Shown here in pieces: positions 18,870 through 29,692 of a stretch of 64,000 bases of DNA; position 1 is the stretch's first letter; each line of letters opens with the position of its first letter. This DNA is from a virus. Made by a program: the position numbers and the translations under genes. Under the pieces are notes generated by a model. It was not told where the DNA came from. It made no database searches and saw only the letters and a program-made list of their open reading frames with translations. The stretch lies in the IMG/VR virus record IMGVR_UViG_3300013137_000013, positions 1-64,000 of that record; one strand, 5' to 3'.

Positions 18870-18928
18870 CCATTTATTTTATTTGGAAATTTAAGTAATA
18901 TTAACCTAACAAATGTAATTAAATTTAT

Positions 18929-20116
18929 ATGGAACAAGAAATGATTGATACCACGCAGATTGACCACAATGCATTAGTACAGTCTGTAATTGAAAAAGTA
19001 AGAAATAATGAATCGAAATATTATTTCTATTGCCCTCCTTTAAATGTACCCAGTGGGGGAATTGGCGTTTTAATCAAGATGGCAAGAATTATGAAAGATT
19101 CTGGCTATAACGTCAAGGTTGTTTTCGAACCAAGACAAGACCAGAGAGCATCTTTTGAAGAATCAAGAAAACAGAATAAACAGGTTGATATATTTGAAAA
19201 ATTTAATCCCCAGTGGTTGGATTTTGATTATTCAGACATTGATTTCTTCCCACTTGGAGATAAAACCATTGTTTACAATGATGGCACCAAACAAGAATGC
19301 GTTGCTTTAAATGTTAATCCAGAGGATTTCTTTATTATTCCAGAAGGATTTCCAAATATCATGAAAAAAATCATGCAGGTGGCATGTAAAAAGATTGTTT
19401 TGGCACAGAGCTGGTTTTATATTCTCAATTCTTTAAACACTGGCGAAACATGGCAGGGAATGGGTATATTTGATGTTATTTCAGTTTCCGATGCAATTAC
19501 AGAATATCTTCACACGGTTATGCCTGGACTAAAGATTAAAAACTTTTCACAAGGTATTAACAGAAAACTTTTCGCTGCTCCAGCCAAAATGTCCAACAAA
19601 TATCCAATGGTTGGATTTATGGGAAATAGGGGACAAGAAAACCAAATGAAAACATTCAACATTATTAAAACCTTCCAGGCATTTTATCCTCACTTAAGAT
19701 GGGTAAGATTTATTCAATTAAGCGGACTTTCTAAAAAAGATTTCGCAGAAAGATTGGCAAGCTGCGCATTTGTTTTATATACTGATGACATTGCTGGATT
19801 TGGAACATTACCTCTTGAATCTATGGCAAGTGGAACACACGTTGTTGGCTGGAATGCATATGGCGGAAAAGAATATGTTACCACAGAAAATGGATTTTGG
19901 ACTGTTAATGGAGATATTTTTCAAACAGCAGAAATTTTAGGTGTTGCTATTGATAAATGGTTAAACGGCGAAATGGATGTGGATGAAATTCAAGCATCTT
20001 ATGAAAAAACCCTTGAAAAATATACAGAAGAAGGGGAAAAAGAAAACTTCTTAAATATAATTAACGAATATAAAAATGAAAGAATCAATGAACTTGAAGG
20101 ACTTAAAAAACAGTAA
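18929..20116 (+). CDS. GT-B (GT4-like) glycosyltransferase
   Basis: PSGGIG, IIPEG, GFGTLPLESMASGTHVVG. Confidence 0.85.
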   Translation: MEQEMIDTTQIDHNALVQSVIEKVRNNESKYYFYCPPLNVPSGGIGVLIKMARIMKDSGYNVKVVFEPRQDQRASFEESRKQNKQVDIFEKFNPQWLDFDYSDIDFFPLGDKTIVYNDGTKQECVALNVNPEDFFIIPEGFPNIMKKIMQVACKKIVLAQSWFYILNSLNTGETWQGMGIFDVISVSDAITEYLHTVMPGLKIKNFSQGINRKLFAAPAKMSNKYPMVGFMGNRGQENQMKTFNIIKTFQAFYPHLRWVRFIQLSGLSKKDFAERLASCAFVLYTDDIAGFGTLPLESMASGTHVVGWNAYGGKEYVTTENGFWTVNGDIFQTAEILGVAIDKWLNGEMDVDEIQASYEKTLEKYTEEGEKENFLNIINEYKNERINELEGLKKQ

Positions 20117-21035
20117 TGTACTTGTCGCAATTTTTATTGACGATTTAAGTAATTTAATCACATTAGAAGAAACATTTTACAGTGTTTCTAAACAGACACA
20201 TAATGTTGATTTACTTGTGTTGCACTCAAACACATTTTCTGATGAGCAAATCAATTCTTTAAAGTCAGCATTGGATAAACCAAAGCTTATTTTAAGAAAG
20301 CAAAATGCAGAAGGAAAATTAGAAGAACAGGTTTTAGAAACTGATGGAAAAATAAATTATTTTTTAACCCCATCAAATTCTGATTCTTTTCCAAAAATTT
20401 TCAATGAAGGATTTAATGTTGCATCAGAAAATGAGTATGAATTCTTTTCCGTCATTGAACCAAATGATGTAGTAGGATTGAATTGGTATACCCAGGCAAA
20501 CATTTATGCAAAAGAAAATGAAAATGTTTCAATGTTCTTCCCAATTATTAGGAATACTGTAAATGGTGTTTTTAATGGGTTACTTAATGAAGCGCCTTGG
20601 GCTGAAGGACTTGCGGAAGAAGCAGGAAAAATTGATTTAAATCTTTTAAATCGTTTTAACTGTGTTGTTCCAACGGGCTCTATGCTTAAAATAAGTGCTC
20701 TCAAAGAATATAGCGAACAAAGGCAAGATGGAAAGTTTTATCCATTTAAAGAAAGCATGAAAATCAGTCATTATTATGAATTCTTAATGAGAATGGTTTA
20801 TAATGATGTGAAAGCAATGTGCATCCCCAGAATCGGGTACGAATTCAAAGTTAAAAACAATAATGAATTCAAACACGTTTATTGTAAAATTCCGCAGAAT
20901 ATTGCCCAAATTCCTGCTGAACAGGGAGGAATAACCCCAAATGAAGGCAAATTTTGGATGGAAACTGCGAAAAAAGAATATTTCTTTGATGAAGACAGGA
21001 ACAAAGTTTATGAAGAAGCGAGTCAGCAAAACTAA
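20076..21035 (+). CDS. GT-A-like glycosyltransferase, divergent
   Basis: FNEGF, FSVIEPND, YEFLMRM, IPRIGY; coupled to the GT-B gene. Confidence 0.6.
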   Translation: MKESMNLKDLKNSNVLVAIFIDDLSNLITLEETFYSVSKQTHNVDLLVLHSNTFSDEQINSLKSALDKPKLILRKQNAEGKLEEQVLETDGKINYFLTPSNSDSFPKIFNEGFNVASENEYEFFSVIEPNDVVGLNWYTQANIYAKENENVSMFFPIIRNTVNGVFNGLLNEAPWAEGLAEEAGKIDLNLLNRFNCVVPTGSMLKISALKEYSEQRQDGKFYPFKESMKISHYYEFLMRMVYNDVKAMCIPRIGYEFKVKNNNEFKHVYCKIPQNIAQIPAEQGGITPNEGKFWMETAKKEYFFDEDRNKVYEEASQQN

Positions 21036-22032
21036 GAAAAAACAAAACTTTGATATACAAAACGAGGATGAGGTATTAGATTTTTTTTGCCAGGAATGCG
21101 CAGATAGAAACGAACTCAAAGAGGACTCAGAAGAGCCAGAGTCTCAACTACCAGACGAATTCGAAGAAAAAATCTTAAACGAATCTGAATTAAAAATCGA
21201 AAGTAATGAGTTGGTACTTGATGAGAAAAGCGTTAAGACATATTGGACCGACGATACTGAAGCGGGGGTTATAGATTTTCTATACCTTAATGAATTTTTT
21301 TATGAAAATAGAATTAAAGAAGAGATAGAAGATGCACAAAAAGAAAAGCGTGTAGTAAACAAATTCTATTGCAATGAAATGCAAAGAAAGATGGAAGAAG
21401 TAATGCGCATTTCAGACCGTGTAGAAAGAAGGGAAAAAATTTTTAGAGAAAAAATTGAAACTCCGCTTAAAAAACTTGTCGAAAACATTCTTTTTAATTA
21501 TAAATTACTTTTACCATACACAGATTCAAAAACTCAGCAAAAAGATTGTTTTACCTTTTTATATCTTAAGTTTTCCAATTTTAACCCATGGAGAAAAACC
21601 AAATCCTTTTCTTATTTTGGAACTATTGCAAAACATCATTTTCTCGGAAACAAAAAAGAATTTTCCAAAAATTTGAAAATTCTTTATGACTATGATTCGA
21701 ACAAAGAAGAAGCTGACAACAAAAAAATAGAAGACCCTAAACCATATGTAAAAGAAGATACATTATCTGATTTTTTTAATTTTATCATATCGTCTATTGA
21801 ATCTGAACTAAATAAAGGTTCCTTATCTAAAAATGACCAAAAGGTCGGAGACGCAATAGTTCAAATTTTTAGAAACCACGAAATTTTAGGAGTATACAAT
21901 AAAAACCAAGTATACCAACTAATTAAAGAAAACACAGGACTAGAAACAAAAGATATAACTTACTCCTTACACAGATTCAGAATTATATATAAAGTTTTAA
22001 AACAAGAATTTGTGAATAAACGAGAAGAATAA
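21010..22032 (+). CDS. phage sigma factor, T4 gp55-like late sigma
   Basis: KLVENI...NFNPWRKTKSFSYFGTIAK resembles the gp55/sigma region 2 signature; start inferred at internal Met 21010. Confidence 0.65.
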   Translation: MKKRVSKTKKKQNFDIQNEDEVLDFFCQECADRNELKEDSEEPESQLPDEFEEKILNESELKIESNELVLDEKSVKTYWTDDTEAGVIDFLYLNEFFYENRIKEEIEDAQKEKRVVNKFYCNEMQRKMEEVMRISDRVERREKIFREKIETPLKKLVENILFNYKLLLPYTDSKTQQKDCFTFLYLKFSNFNPWRKTKSFSYFGTIAKHHFLGNKKEFSKNLKILYDYDSNKEEADNKKIEDPKPYVKEDTLSDFFNFIISSIESELNKGSLSKNDQKVGDAIVQIFRNHEILGVYNKNQVYQLIKENTGLETKDITYSLHRFRIIYKVLKQEFVNKREE

Positions 22033-22048
22033 TTTTTTTTTAGTCATA

Positions 22049-22056
22049 TATTTATA
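22049..22056 (+). promoter_or_regulatory. putative late promoter TATTTATA heading the morphogenesis operon
   Basis: 15 nt upstream of 22072; one of 15 perfect intergenic copies. Confidence 0.75.
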
Positions 22057-22071
22057 GAAAAATTAATAATT

Positions 22072-22452
22072 ATGGCTGAAAAAATAGAAATTTCAAAAGA
22101 CGGTTATCTAGCTTTAATTAAACGAGTCTTTGAAAACAAACTCGAAGAAAGAGAGCTTGCCTTGGACAGATACAGAAAGGCGGATGACCAAATGGAAACT
22201 GCAGAGCAGTTTGCAATAATGGGAAAAAATGCTGTTTCCTTTTTAAACCTAGCGTCCTTATCTACAAATGATTTAGCGGCACTGGCCAAAGAGGTCAAAA
22301 GTCTTGTCTATAAAGACGAAGTAGGCGGCGACATCAATCTTAATTTATCTGAGGATTGGAAAACAGCCATTTCCGAAAAAATTGAAGAGGTTGAAAAAGC
22401 AAGAACTTCTTCTAGGAACGTAGATAACAACAACGATAGCGAGGGAAAATAA
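22072..22452 (+). CDS. hypothetical protein
   Basis: 126 aa helical ORF; TAATG coupling to the next gene. Confidence 0.8.
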   Translation: MAEKIEISKDGYLALIKRVFENKLEERELALDRYRKADDQMETAEQFAIMGKNAVSFLNLASLSTNDLAALAKEVKSLVYKDEVGGDINLNLSEDWKTAISEKIEEVEKARTSSRNVDNNNDSEGK

Positions 22453-23924
22453 TGGCATATACAGTACCACTCGACCAACCTTTAAGCGAAACCCAAGCTA
22501 AATTAATTGCCCAAGTAGGGACAATGAAAAATCTCGCCAATCTTTCCTTTTTAAAAAAGTTTAAATTTAAAAGGGAAGAAAATATGTCTTTATTTGACTA
22601 TTTGCTTAAAATATTAAGGTCAATGGGTATTGACCCAGAAATTATATTAACTGCCTTCCTAAATGATTTTTTCAGAACTGATAAAGTAGTAGATTTTCTA
22701 ATTACTGCTATTGCAAGATTAGCAACATCTATAAATAAACAATTGGATTCTAATGCACAGCTTTCATTTACTCCAGGTGATGATGTTGTTATGGATGATG
22801 CACGAATTAAAGAATTAAATGACTCTAATTATAAATATTTAAACAATTTTTCTGTAAGTTTGGATAGCATGACAGTTCCCCTTAAGCCTGCCTTATATAA
22901 ACTCATAGATGCACTAAGAACCAGAATGATTCAAGAACTCATGGTTATAATTTTTGGGAAACCAAAAAAGGCAGTAACTGGACCCAATGGCATGGTTACT
23001 GATGACAATAGAATGAATGAACTCATTGATGAAAGTGTGTGCGGTGGAGAAACAATATTTAGTGTATCTAATCCAGCTGCTATAAACTTTGGAGATTTAG
23101 AATATAATAGACTTCAAAAATTAGAAAAAGCAAAAAACGGAAATCTTTCTTTTTCCATTACTTGCCAAGGCGTACAAATAACGCTTCCAGATGACCCGAT
23201 GTATTTGTTTAAAAGTGTACCTCCAGGATTTCAAGGCGGAGAATCCGTATCACCCGAAGAGGCAATGACGAATGTTTTTAATTTTGTATCTAATCAAGTA
23301 CAAAAACAAACAAGTGGTGCGAGTAGTCAGTCTAATGCTTCGTCTGCTGGTAAAAGTTTTATTCAAAAATTTTTAGAATCTTTAATTGCTTCGATTACAA
23401 CATTGGTAAAACCTTTTTTTGTTGGAATTATTGGAACAGTGCCAGGAGAAGCACAGGGTCTTGCACCAGAGGCTTTTGATTTATTACAACAAGGATTGCT
23501 AAACATGGTTTTTCCAGGTTCAGTAACAACTGACCCTAATACAGGGAAAAGAGTTGGTGATTATGTTCCACCTTCAAGTTGCGAAATTAATAGTCAATAC
23601 CAAAAAGGAGCTTTAGATTCAATTAAAAAGAAAAAAGTATCTTTGATAATTATATTGTGTAATTTACTATTAAATATTGCCATAGGTTTTATCATGGCCT
23701 ATGTTCTTGAGAAGATAAAAAAAATGATTAAAAAATATGTAGCAAAAAGAGCACAAGAAAAAGCTGCAAGAAAAATTCAAAAATTAAAAGATAAATATGC
23801 AACATCCGTTGCTGGAAGACAAAAAAAGAAAACAGATAGAGCTGTAAGACAAATAAAATTAATGAAGAAAATTTTTGGAATCCTTCAGGCAAACGCTGGC
23901 TCATTTACCCCTACCCCTAAATAA
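22452..23924 (+). CDS. putative virion structural protein
   Basis: 490 aa in the late operon; hydrophobic segment then basic C-terminus. Confidence 0.6.
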   Translation: MAYTVPLDQPLSETQAKLIAQVGTMKNLANLSFLKKFKFKREENMSLFDYLLKILRSMGIDPEIILTAFLNDFFRTDKVVDFLITAIARLATSINKQLDSNAQLSFTPGDDVVMDDARIKELNDSNYKYLNNFSVSLDSMTVPLKPALYKLIDALRTRMIQELMVIIFGKPKKAVTGPNGMVTDDNRMNELIDESVCGGETIFSVSNPAAINFGDLEYNRLQKLEKAKNGNLSFSITCQGVQITLPDDPMYLFKSVPPGFQGGESVSPEEAMTNVFNFVSNQVQKQTSGASSQSNASSAGKSFIQKFLESLIASITTLVKPFFVGIIGTVPGEAQGLAPEAFDLLQQGLLNMVFPGSVTTDPNTGKRVGDYVPPSSCEINSQYQKGALDSIKKKKVSLIIILCNLLLNIAIGFIMAYVLEKIKKMIKKYVAKRAQEKAARKIQKLKDKYATSVAGRQKKKTDRAVRQIKLMKKIFGILQANAGSFTPTPK

Positions 23925-23940
23925 ACTTAATTATGTTATT

Positions 23941-24363
23941 ATGGCAGCACCATTCGTAGATATAGACCCCAAATTAAACATTTCAGAAGACGTTGCTGAT
24001 TTGTTATTAACGCTCATGAGTGATTCTTTTGAGTTAAATAGAAATTTAACAGTATATGAAATTTTAGCTGAAAAAATAAGACCTGGAATAAATTCAGATG
24101 TTTTATCAAATGCTATAATTTCAAGATTTAAAGAAATCGGCCTACCAAGTGGACCTTTAGTAAATGGAGCACAAAATGTAATGGAAGCTTTTGTGGTTGT
24201 ATTTTGTGAAGAACTTGTAGATGCCATACAAAATGACATGAGAGTAGATATTGGTATTTTCCCAGGCGGAACTGTTAATACAAATGGAGCCAATGCTGGA
24301 GGTCCAGTGGTTTCCATAGGAACAACTGTAAATGCACAACAAGGTATAGGAATAGCTAGATAA
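23941..24363 (+). CDS. putative baseplate-associated protein
   Basis: start inferred at Met 23941; G-rich C-term GANAGGPVVSIG; upstream of the spike gene. Confidence 0.6.
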   Translation: MAAPFVDIDPKLNISEDVADLLLTLMSDSFELNRNLTVYEILAEKIRPGINSDVLSNAIISRFKEIGLPSGPLVNGAQNVMEAFVVVFCEELVDAIQNDMRVDIGIFPGGTVNTNGANAGGPVVSIGTTVNAQQGIGIAR

Positions 24364-24364
24364 T

Positions 24365-24529
24365 ATGGAAGAAAAAAATAAAAAAACGAAACAAGAATTA
24401 CTTGAAGATGCTCAAAAATTAACAGAAAAGCATGCTGAATTAAAATCAGTAATTATGAATATGCTTGACGAAATGGATAAAATTGAGTTAGAGTATAATA
24501 AAATTATTGAAGAGATTAAAAAGAAATAA
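24365..24529 (+). CDS. small coiled-coil protein (54 aa), not in the ORF track
   Basis: MEEKNKKTKQELLEDAQKL...IIEEIKKK fills the gap between flanking genes exactly. Confidence 0.7.
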   Translation: MEEKNKKTKQELLEDAQKLTEKHAELKSVIMNMLDEMDKIELEYNKIIEEIKKK

Positions 24530-24531
24530 AT

Positions 24532-25863
24532 ATGCCAAAAGACGATATTATAGCGCAACGAGCTCTTCAAAACGCTGGACAAGGAAATTACAGCTCTAAT
24601 ATTTCTAATGGGAGAGGTATATATCCTGCCATTGTTGTTCCTTATGGTACCAACGATAACTCAGAACAAAACCGCATAAGAGCAAGAATAGTAACTGTAC
24701 AAGATGATGGAAAAATACAGGGTAGAATAAATTTAAATAGTGAAGAAAATTATAATGGTTATTCTGGCAAAGATAGGGGGATAACTGATGATAATCTTGT
24801 TTTATGTATGCCTCTTCTGCCAGAGTTTTTCCACATAAGACCGCAAGTTGGAGAAATGGTTTTTGTTATTCTGGAAAATCCTACCGATAACTCCAGTGTG
24901 AGATATTGGATTGGACCTATAATTTCATCAAAATTAAAATTAAATTACCAAGGTTTTGAGGATTCTTATAAAATGTTTAACAAAACCACTTTTATATCTA
25001 GTCCCAAAACAAGCGGTTCCTTAGACCTTTCAACAACCTTTCCAGAAGACTCTGATGTTGCAATCCAGGGAAGAAAAGATGCAGATTTGATATTAAAAAA
25101 CAGAGAGGCTTTACTTATTGCTGGCAAATTTTCAGACTTTCAAAATTTTGTTATCAATACCGACTATCCTTCATATTTAAGGTTAAAACAATTTGATAGT
25201 ACTACAACAGAAGAAAAACCTACAGTAGAGCCTAAGAATATTATTCACAACATCAATGTAGGGATGGTACATGACCCTATTGGTAACAAATTTGCTGGAA
25301 CAATAATAGTAAAAGAAATAAAAAGTGATATTGAGCTAAAAAACGAAACAAACACATATATATCAAGTTCTGATACAATAAGTTGGTTAAGTACAAAAAT
25401 TACAGAAGTTAAAACAAAATATCCAAATTGGTCATTTACTTCAGAAATGGAAACATATAAAACCTATAAAAAAGATTATTATGTAGTTTCAGCGCCATCC
25501 GTCACAGACCCACCAGTCGCAACGAATAATGAAAATTTATTAAAAAAATACTCCCAAGCAACTCTTATTTCAACAAATATTAACATATACTCTCCAAGAG
25601 GCAAATTTAGAGGTAATGATGTAAAATCTTTCGAAAAGAATGATGATTTAAAATCTTTTGGGACTTTTGCAGACACACTTCATCCAGCAATATTTGGAGA
25701 TGAAACAGTCAGAGTTTTAGATTTAATTATTAGACTACTTCTTACCCACATTCACACACCAGAAATGCCTTTATTACAAACTGCAATTTCAAATGAGTTG
25801 AAAAAATATACAGTGGATGGATGGTTACAGAATCTTATATCTAACCACATCAGGATTAATTAA
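24532..25863 (+). CDS. baseplate central spike (gp5/VgrG-like OB fold)
   Basis: RIRARI...PLLP...PQVGEMVFV...YWIG OB-fold signature; C-terminal HxH (THIHTP). Confidence 0.75.
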   Translation: MPKDDIIAQRALQNAGQGNYSSNISNGRGIYPAIVVPYGTNDNSEQNRIRARIVTVQDDGKIQGRINLNSEENYNGYSGKDRGITDDNLVLCMPLLPEFFHIRPQVGEMVFVILENPTDNSSVRYWIGPIISSKLKLNYQGFEDSYKMFNKTTFISSPKTSGSLDLSTTFPEDSDVAIQGRKDADLILKNREALLIAGKFSDFQNFVINTDYPSYLRLKQFDSTTTEEKPTVEPKNIIHNINVGMVHDPIGNKFAGTIIVKEIKSDIELKNETNTYISSSDTISWLSTKITEVKTKYPNWSFTSEMETYKTYKKDYYVVSAPSVTDPPVATNNENLLKKYSQATLISTNINIYSPRGKFRGNDVKSFEKNDDLKSFGTFADTLHPAIFGDETVRVLDLIIRLLLTHIHTPEMPLLQTAISNELKKYTVDGWLQNLISNHIRIN

Positions 25864-27275
25864 AATGGCTTAATTATCTTTAGGTCTATTCTTTCTGGCA
25901 TTACCCTATTTGTTCCCATTTCATTAATCTTAAAACTAATTTGATATGTTTGATTGTGTAATAACCAAGATGCGTCTACATCAAAATAATTAGTTGTACA
26001 ATCATCTATGACAGCATGATTAACTTCAGTCCATGGAATAACTTCAACTTGATTGTTCATTATCATTCGGTACTGTAAAGAATAGGATGTGCTTGGTTTA
26101 TTTGTGCTATAATTAACTCTCAAGTCACAATATACCCTTATTTTTTCATCCTGATGAACTATCATGCCCTGTTCAATTCCATAGGTTTCAAGAACATATT
26201 CATTTATAGATGGCCTATTGGCTGTATAATAATTTTTTTGTATTTGGAATGTTTGCGATATATTTTGATTGTCATATTGACTAAAACTTACATTATTCCA
26301 AACATCCACATATTTTTCCCCAGGGGTAGCGCCAGACATCCATACGTTTACATAATATGCTCCAGTAGATAACTGAGAAGGAATAAGCCCAGAATAAACT
26401 GTAGTGTTTCCTCTTTTAATATCTACAGTCACTGCAGACAGATTTATGTTTGTAAAATTATGACCACTAAAGGTATATAAGAATAAATTTGATGGTCTAT
26501 TGTTAGAAATTTGTTTCCTATCATCTTGAATGACTTGATTGTACACAACCTCAAGAAATGGCTTAAATGCAGTATTTGTTTTTTCAGTAAAAAATGAACT
26601 TATATATCTTGTGTCTGCACTAAACAATTCATAATCTCTTCTATAAGCAATTGCAATTCCATTGTTTTCAGAACCACCACTTAACCAATCTTTTACAATA
26701 TCAGTTACATCCATATTTAAATCCTCATCTCCAATATCAAAATGCTGAGAAGTGTGATAAGTTGTAGATGCGGATGGGTCAATATATATTCCTGGTTCAT
26801 TCCAGAAAGTCAATGACGTAGCGTAATCCCAATTAGAAACCCCAGATGTCAAATAGTTTCCAGATTGTCTAACAATATAAATTTCTTTGATTAAATCATA
26901 ACCTCTGCCCTCTTCCCAATACTTATTTATTGGGAAAGCAATCAAATCGAATGAGGTGGCAACCATTTTTTTTAAAACATCATGTTCATATTCAGACTCA
27001 AGAACCAAATCTCTTGGTTTCGAATTTTTTAACTTTAATTTATAAGATGTAACCAAAGATTCATTAATTTCTTTAGTGCTGAATTTTTGCTGTAAATTAG
27101 TTAAATCAAAATAAAGTAGAAATCTGCTAACAGAATTTCTTTTGTCTGGCGCTGTATCTGTTCCTCCGCCACCATACCACAAGTCTGTTACGGTGTTTTG
27201 ACCAGAGTTTAGGTTGCTATAATAACTTCCAGCTATAGTGTTGCTTTTTGATGGATAAATTCTAAAAACTGACAT
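25860..27275 (-). CDS. putative virion protein with DNRLRE-like beta-sandwich domain
   Basis: SRFLLYFDL, MDVTDIVKDW, NNGIAI, PFLEVVY; TATTTATA motif at 27290. Confidence 0.6.
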   Translation of the reverse strand: MSVFRIYPSKSNTIAGSYYSNLNSGQNTVTDLWYGGGGTDTAPDKRNSVSRFLLYFDLTNLQQKFSTKEINESLVTSYKLKLKNSKPRDLVLESEYEHDVLKKMVATSFDLIAFPINKYWEEGRGYDLIKEIYIVRQSGNYLTSGVSNWDYATSLTFWNEPGIYIDPSASTTYHTSQHFDIGDEDLNMDVTDIVKDWLSGGSENNGIAIAYRRDYELFSADTRYISSFFTEKTNTAFKPFLEVVYNQVIQDDRKQISNNRPSNLFLYTFSGHNFTNINLSAVTVDIKRGNTTVYSGLIPSQLSTGAYYVNVWMSGATPGEKYVDVWNNVSFSQYDNQNISQTFQIQKNYYTANRPSINEYVLETYGIEQGMIVHQDEKIRVYCDLRVNYSTNKPSTSYSLQYRMIMNNQVEVIPWTEVNHAVIDDCTTNYFDVDASWLLHNQTYQISFKINEMGTNRVMPERIDLKIIKPF

Positions 27276-27386
27276 TTTCTTTTTTTTATTATAAATAGCC
27301 TACTTTATTATTTTTTTAAACCCTCAAACATAAATATAAATGTTTATTTTTTTTTAAGTAATATTTATATTTAAAACAAAGGAAAC

Positions 27387-27770
27387 ATGAAATCATTAGG
27401 AATACAATTTCCATTTACAGAAACTTATAACGGGGGAATTATAGGATACACTCAAATAGATGTTGAGGCAATAAAATCCAACCTGACAGCATTTCTTACT
27501 CTTAAAAGAGGACAAAGGCCGATGCATAATTCATTGTATTCTCCTTTATATGATTATATAATGGAACCTTGGGACAATATTAGTGAATCAAGATTAACAG
27601 ATGATTTAAGCAAAAAGCTGGTAGAATTTTTTCCAGAAATAGAAGTAAAAAAAATAAATTTTGTTTTTGAAGAAGAAAACAATTATTTACATCTAACACT
27701 TTATTATACAGTAGTTGATTTAAAGGTATCAGACAGTGTTTCTGTAACAATAGCCATTCAACCAAAATAA
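27387..27770 (+). CDS. baseplate wedge subunit, gp25-like
   Basis: GIQFPF, IKSNL..LTLKRGQRPM, LYDYIMEP, FFPEIEV. Confidence 0.85.
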   Translation: MKSLGIQFPFTETYNGGIIGYTQIDVEAIKSNLTAFLTLKRGQRPMHNSLYSPLYDYIMEPWDNISESRLTDDLSKKLVEFFPEIEVKKINFVFEEENNYLHLTLYYTVVDLKVSDSVSVTIAIQPK

Positions 27771-27778
27771 GATAAGAA

Positions 27779-29680
27779 ATGTCAACAAATTTAAATTTAA
27801 ATGCACAATTTACTCAGTCAGCAGTAGGTATTAAACAAATAAACTACTTGAGTAGAGATTTCCAAACAATAAGAACCGATTTAATTAATTACTTAAAAGC
27901 CTTTTTCCCAGAACAATGGCAAGACTTTAATGTTGCATCACCTGGCATGGCTCTTTTAGAATTAAATGCTTATGTTGGTGATTTATTAGCTTTTTCTATT
28001 GACAAAAAATATAATGAACTTTTTCTTGATGGTGTGCAACAAAGAGAAACTGTATATAGAATGGCAAAAACTTTTGGATTTAAAGTTCCTGGAGTTCGTC
28101 CAGCACTCACAATTGTAGATTTAATTTGTGATGTTCCAACAACTGCAGATGGACCCAATTATTCATATGCTCCAGTTTTAAGGCCAGGACTTCAAATAAA
28201 AGGGGGAGGACAAACATTTGAAACTGTTTATAATGTTGATTTTGCAAGTGATTTTAGTGAAACTGGTGCTGCAAATAGAACCATACAACCTATATTAAAT
28301 GGGAATCAAGACCTAATAAAATATAGAATTTTAAAAAGAGAAGTCATAAAAGCTGGTATTACAAAAAATATGAAGGTTGAGGTGCCTTCAGGTCAAGAAA
28401 AGCCTTTTATGCAAATTGTTTTACCAGAAAATAACGTTTTAGAAATAGTAGATGTAATGGTTGAGCCTGGAATTGGATTAACCAAAAATCCAACTTATGA
28501 AGATTATCATGACCTTTCTAAAAGATACTGGGAAGTTGAATATTTAGCAGTTGATAAAATATTTGTCGAAGACGATAATGAACCGTCTGTAAATGGTGTA
28601 AAAATTGGAAAATATTTAAAAGTTTCAAAAAGATTCATCAAAGAATTTATGTCTAATGGTACTTGTAAATTAACTTTTGGAGGAGGTAGCGAAAATTACG
28701 ATTCATATGAAGAATATTTACAAGGGTTAACAAATAGTTGTTGTGATATTACCACCAACTTAAATGTGTCTTCGTTGCTATTAAATCCTTCTCTGGGCGA
28801 GATGATTCCAGGCAACTCAACTTTATATATAAAATATAGAATTGGGGGAGGTGCACTAAGCAATATTGGACAAAATGTTTTGCAAGCAGTTAGTAATGTA
28901 AATGGTATTATATTGGGAACTGACCCAAACCTAAATCAAGCTGTTTTGTCATCAATTAGAGCAAATAACCCTGTTCCCGCAATCGGCGGAAGGGGATTGC
29001 CTACTGTTAGTGAAATCAAAAACTATATAGCATCAAATTTTGCATCACAAGATAGGTGTGTAACATTGGAAGATTACATTTCTAGGTCATATCAAATTCC
29101 TGGAAAATTTGGAGCGCCATTTAGGATATATGGAGAAGTAAATGATAATAAAGTTATTTTATATATTCTCACTAAAGATGCTAATGGCAAATTAAATACA
29201 ATTTCAACTGGTGAGATAAAAAATAATTTAGTAACATATCTTCTTCCTTATAGAATGATAAATGATTTTATTGAAATTAATGATGGAAAATTTGTGAATC
29301 TGGAAGTCCAAGCAGATTTATTTATAGACAAAACTTTTAACAGAAGTGAGGTAAAACTTAATTCTATTTTGAAAATTCAGAATTTTTTCAACACAGACAA
29401 TTGGCAAATGAATCAACACATATACGTTTCTCAATTAACAGATATTTTAAGAGAAATTCCTGGAGTAATTAATGTTGTTGATATTAGATTTTATAACTTA
29501 GAAGGCGGTCTTTATTCTTCAACTTTATGTTCTCAAGCTATTGGACCAAGAACCCAAGATATTGATTTGGGCGTATATAAAACACAGGTTTTACCAGTGG
29601 ATAACGCAATATTTAGTACGCCATTATCAATGTTTGAGGTTCGTTATCCAGAAAAGGACATAAAAGTAAGAGTGGCATAA
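27779..29680 (+). CDS. baseplate wedge protein, gp6/baseplate J-like
   Basis: YLSRDF..IR..LI, DFNVASPG..LLEL.AYVGD, YRIGGG..SN, QDRCVTLEDY, IPGVINV. Confidence 0.9.
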   Translation: MSTNLNLNAQFTQSAVGIKQINYLSRDFQTIRTDLINYLKAFFPEQWQDFNVASPGMALLELNAYVGDLLAFSIDKKYNELFLDGVQQRETVYRMAKTFGFKVPGVRPALTIVDLICDVPTTADGPNYSYAPVLRPGLQIKGGGQTFETVYNVDFASDFSETGAANRTIQPILNGNQDLIKYRILKREVIKAGITKNMKVEVPSGQEKPFMQIVLPENNVLEIVDVMVEPGIGLTKNPTYEDYHDLSKRYWEVEYLAVDKIFVEDDNEPSVNGVKIGKYLKVSKRFIKEFMSNGTCKLTFGGGSENYDSYEEYLQGLTNSCCDITTNLNVSSLLLNPSLGEMIPGNSTLYIKYRIGGGALSNIGQNVLQAVSNVNGIILGTDPNLNQAVLSSIRANNPVPAIGGRGLPTVSEIKNYIASNFASQDRCVTLEDYISRSYQIPGKFGAPFRIYGEVNDNKVILYILTKDANGKLNTISTGEIKNNLVTYLLPYRMINDFIEINDGKFVNLEVQADLFIDKTFNRSEVKLNSILKIQNFFNTDNWQMNQHIYVSQLTDILREIPGVINVVDIRFYNLEGGLYSSTLCSQAIGPRTQDIDLGVYKTQVLPVDNAIFSTPLSMFEVRYPEKDIKVRVA

Positions 29681-29692
29681 TATGAATTTAGT

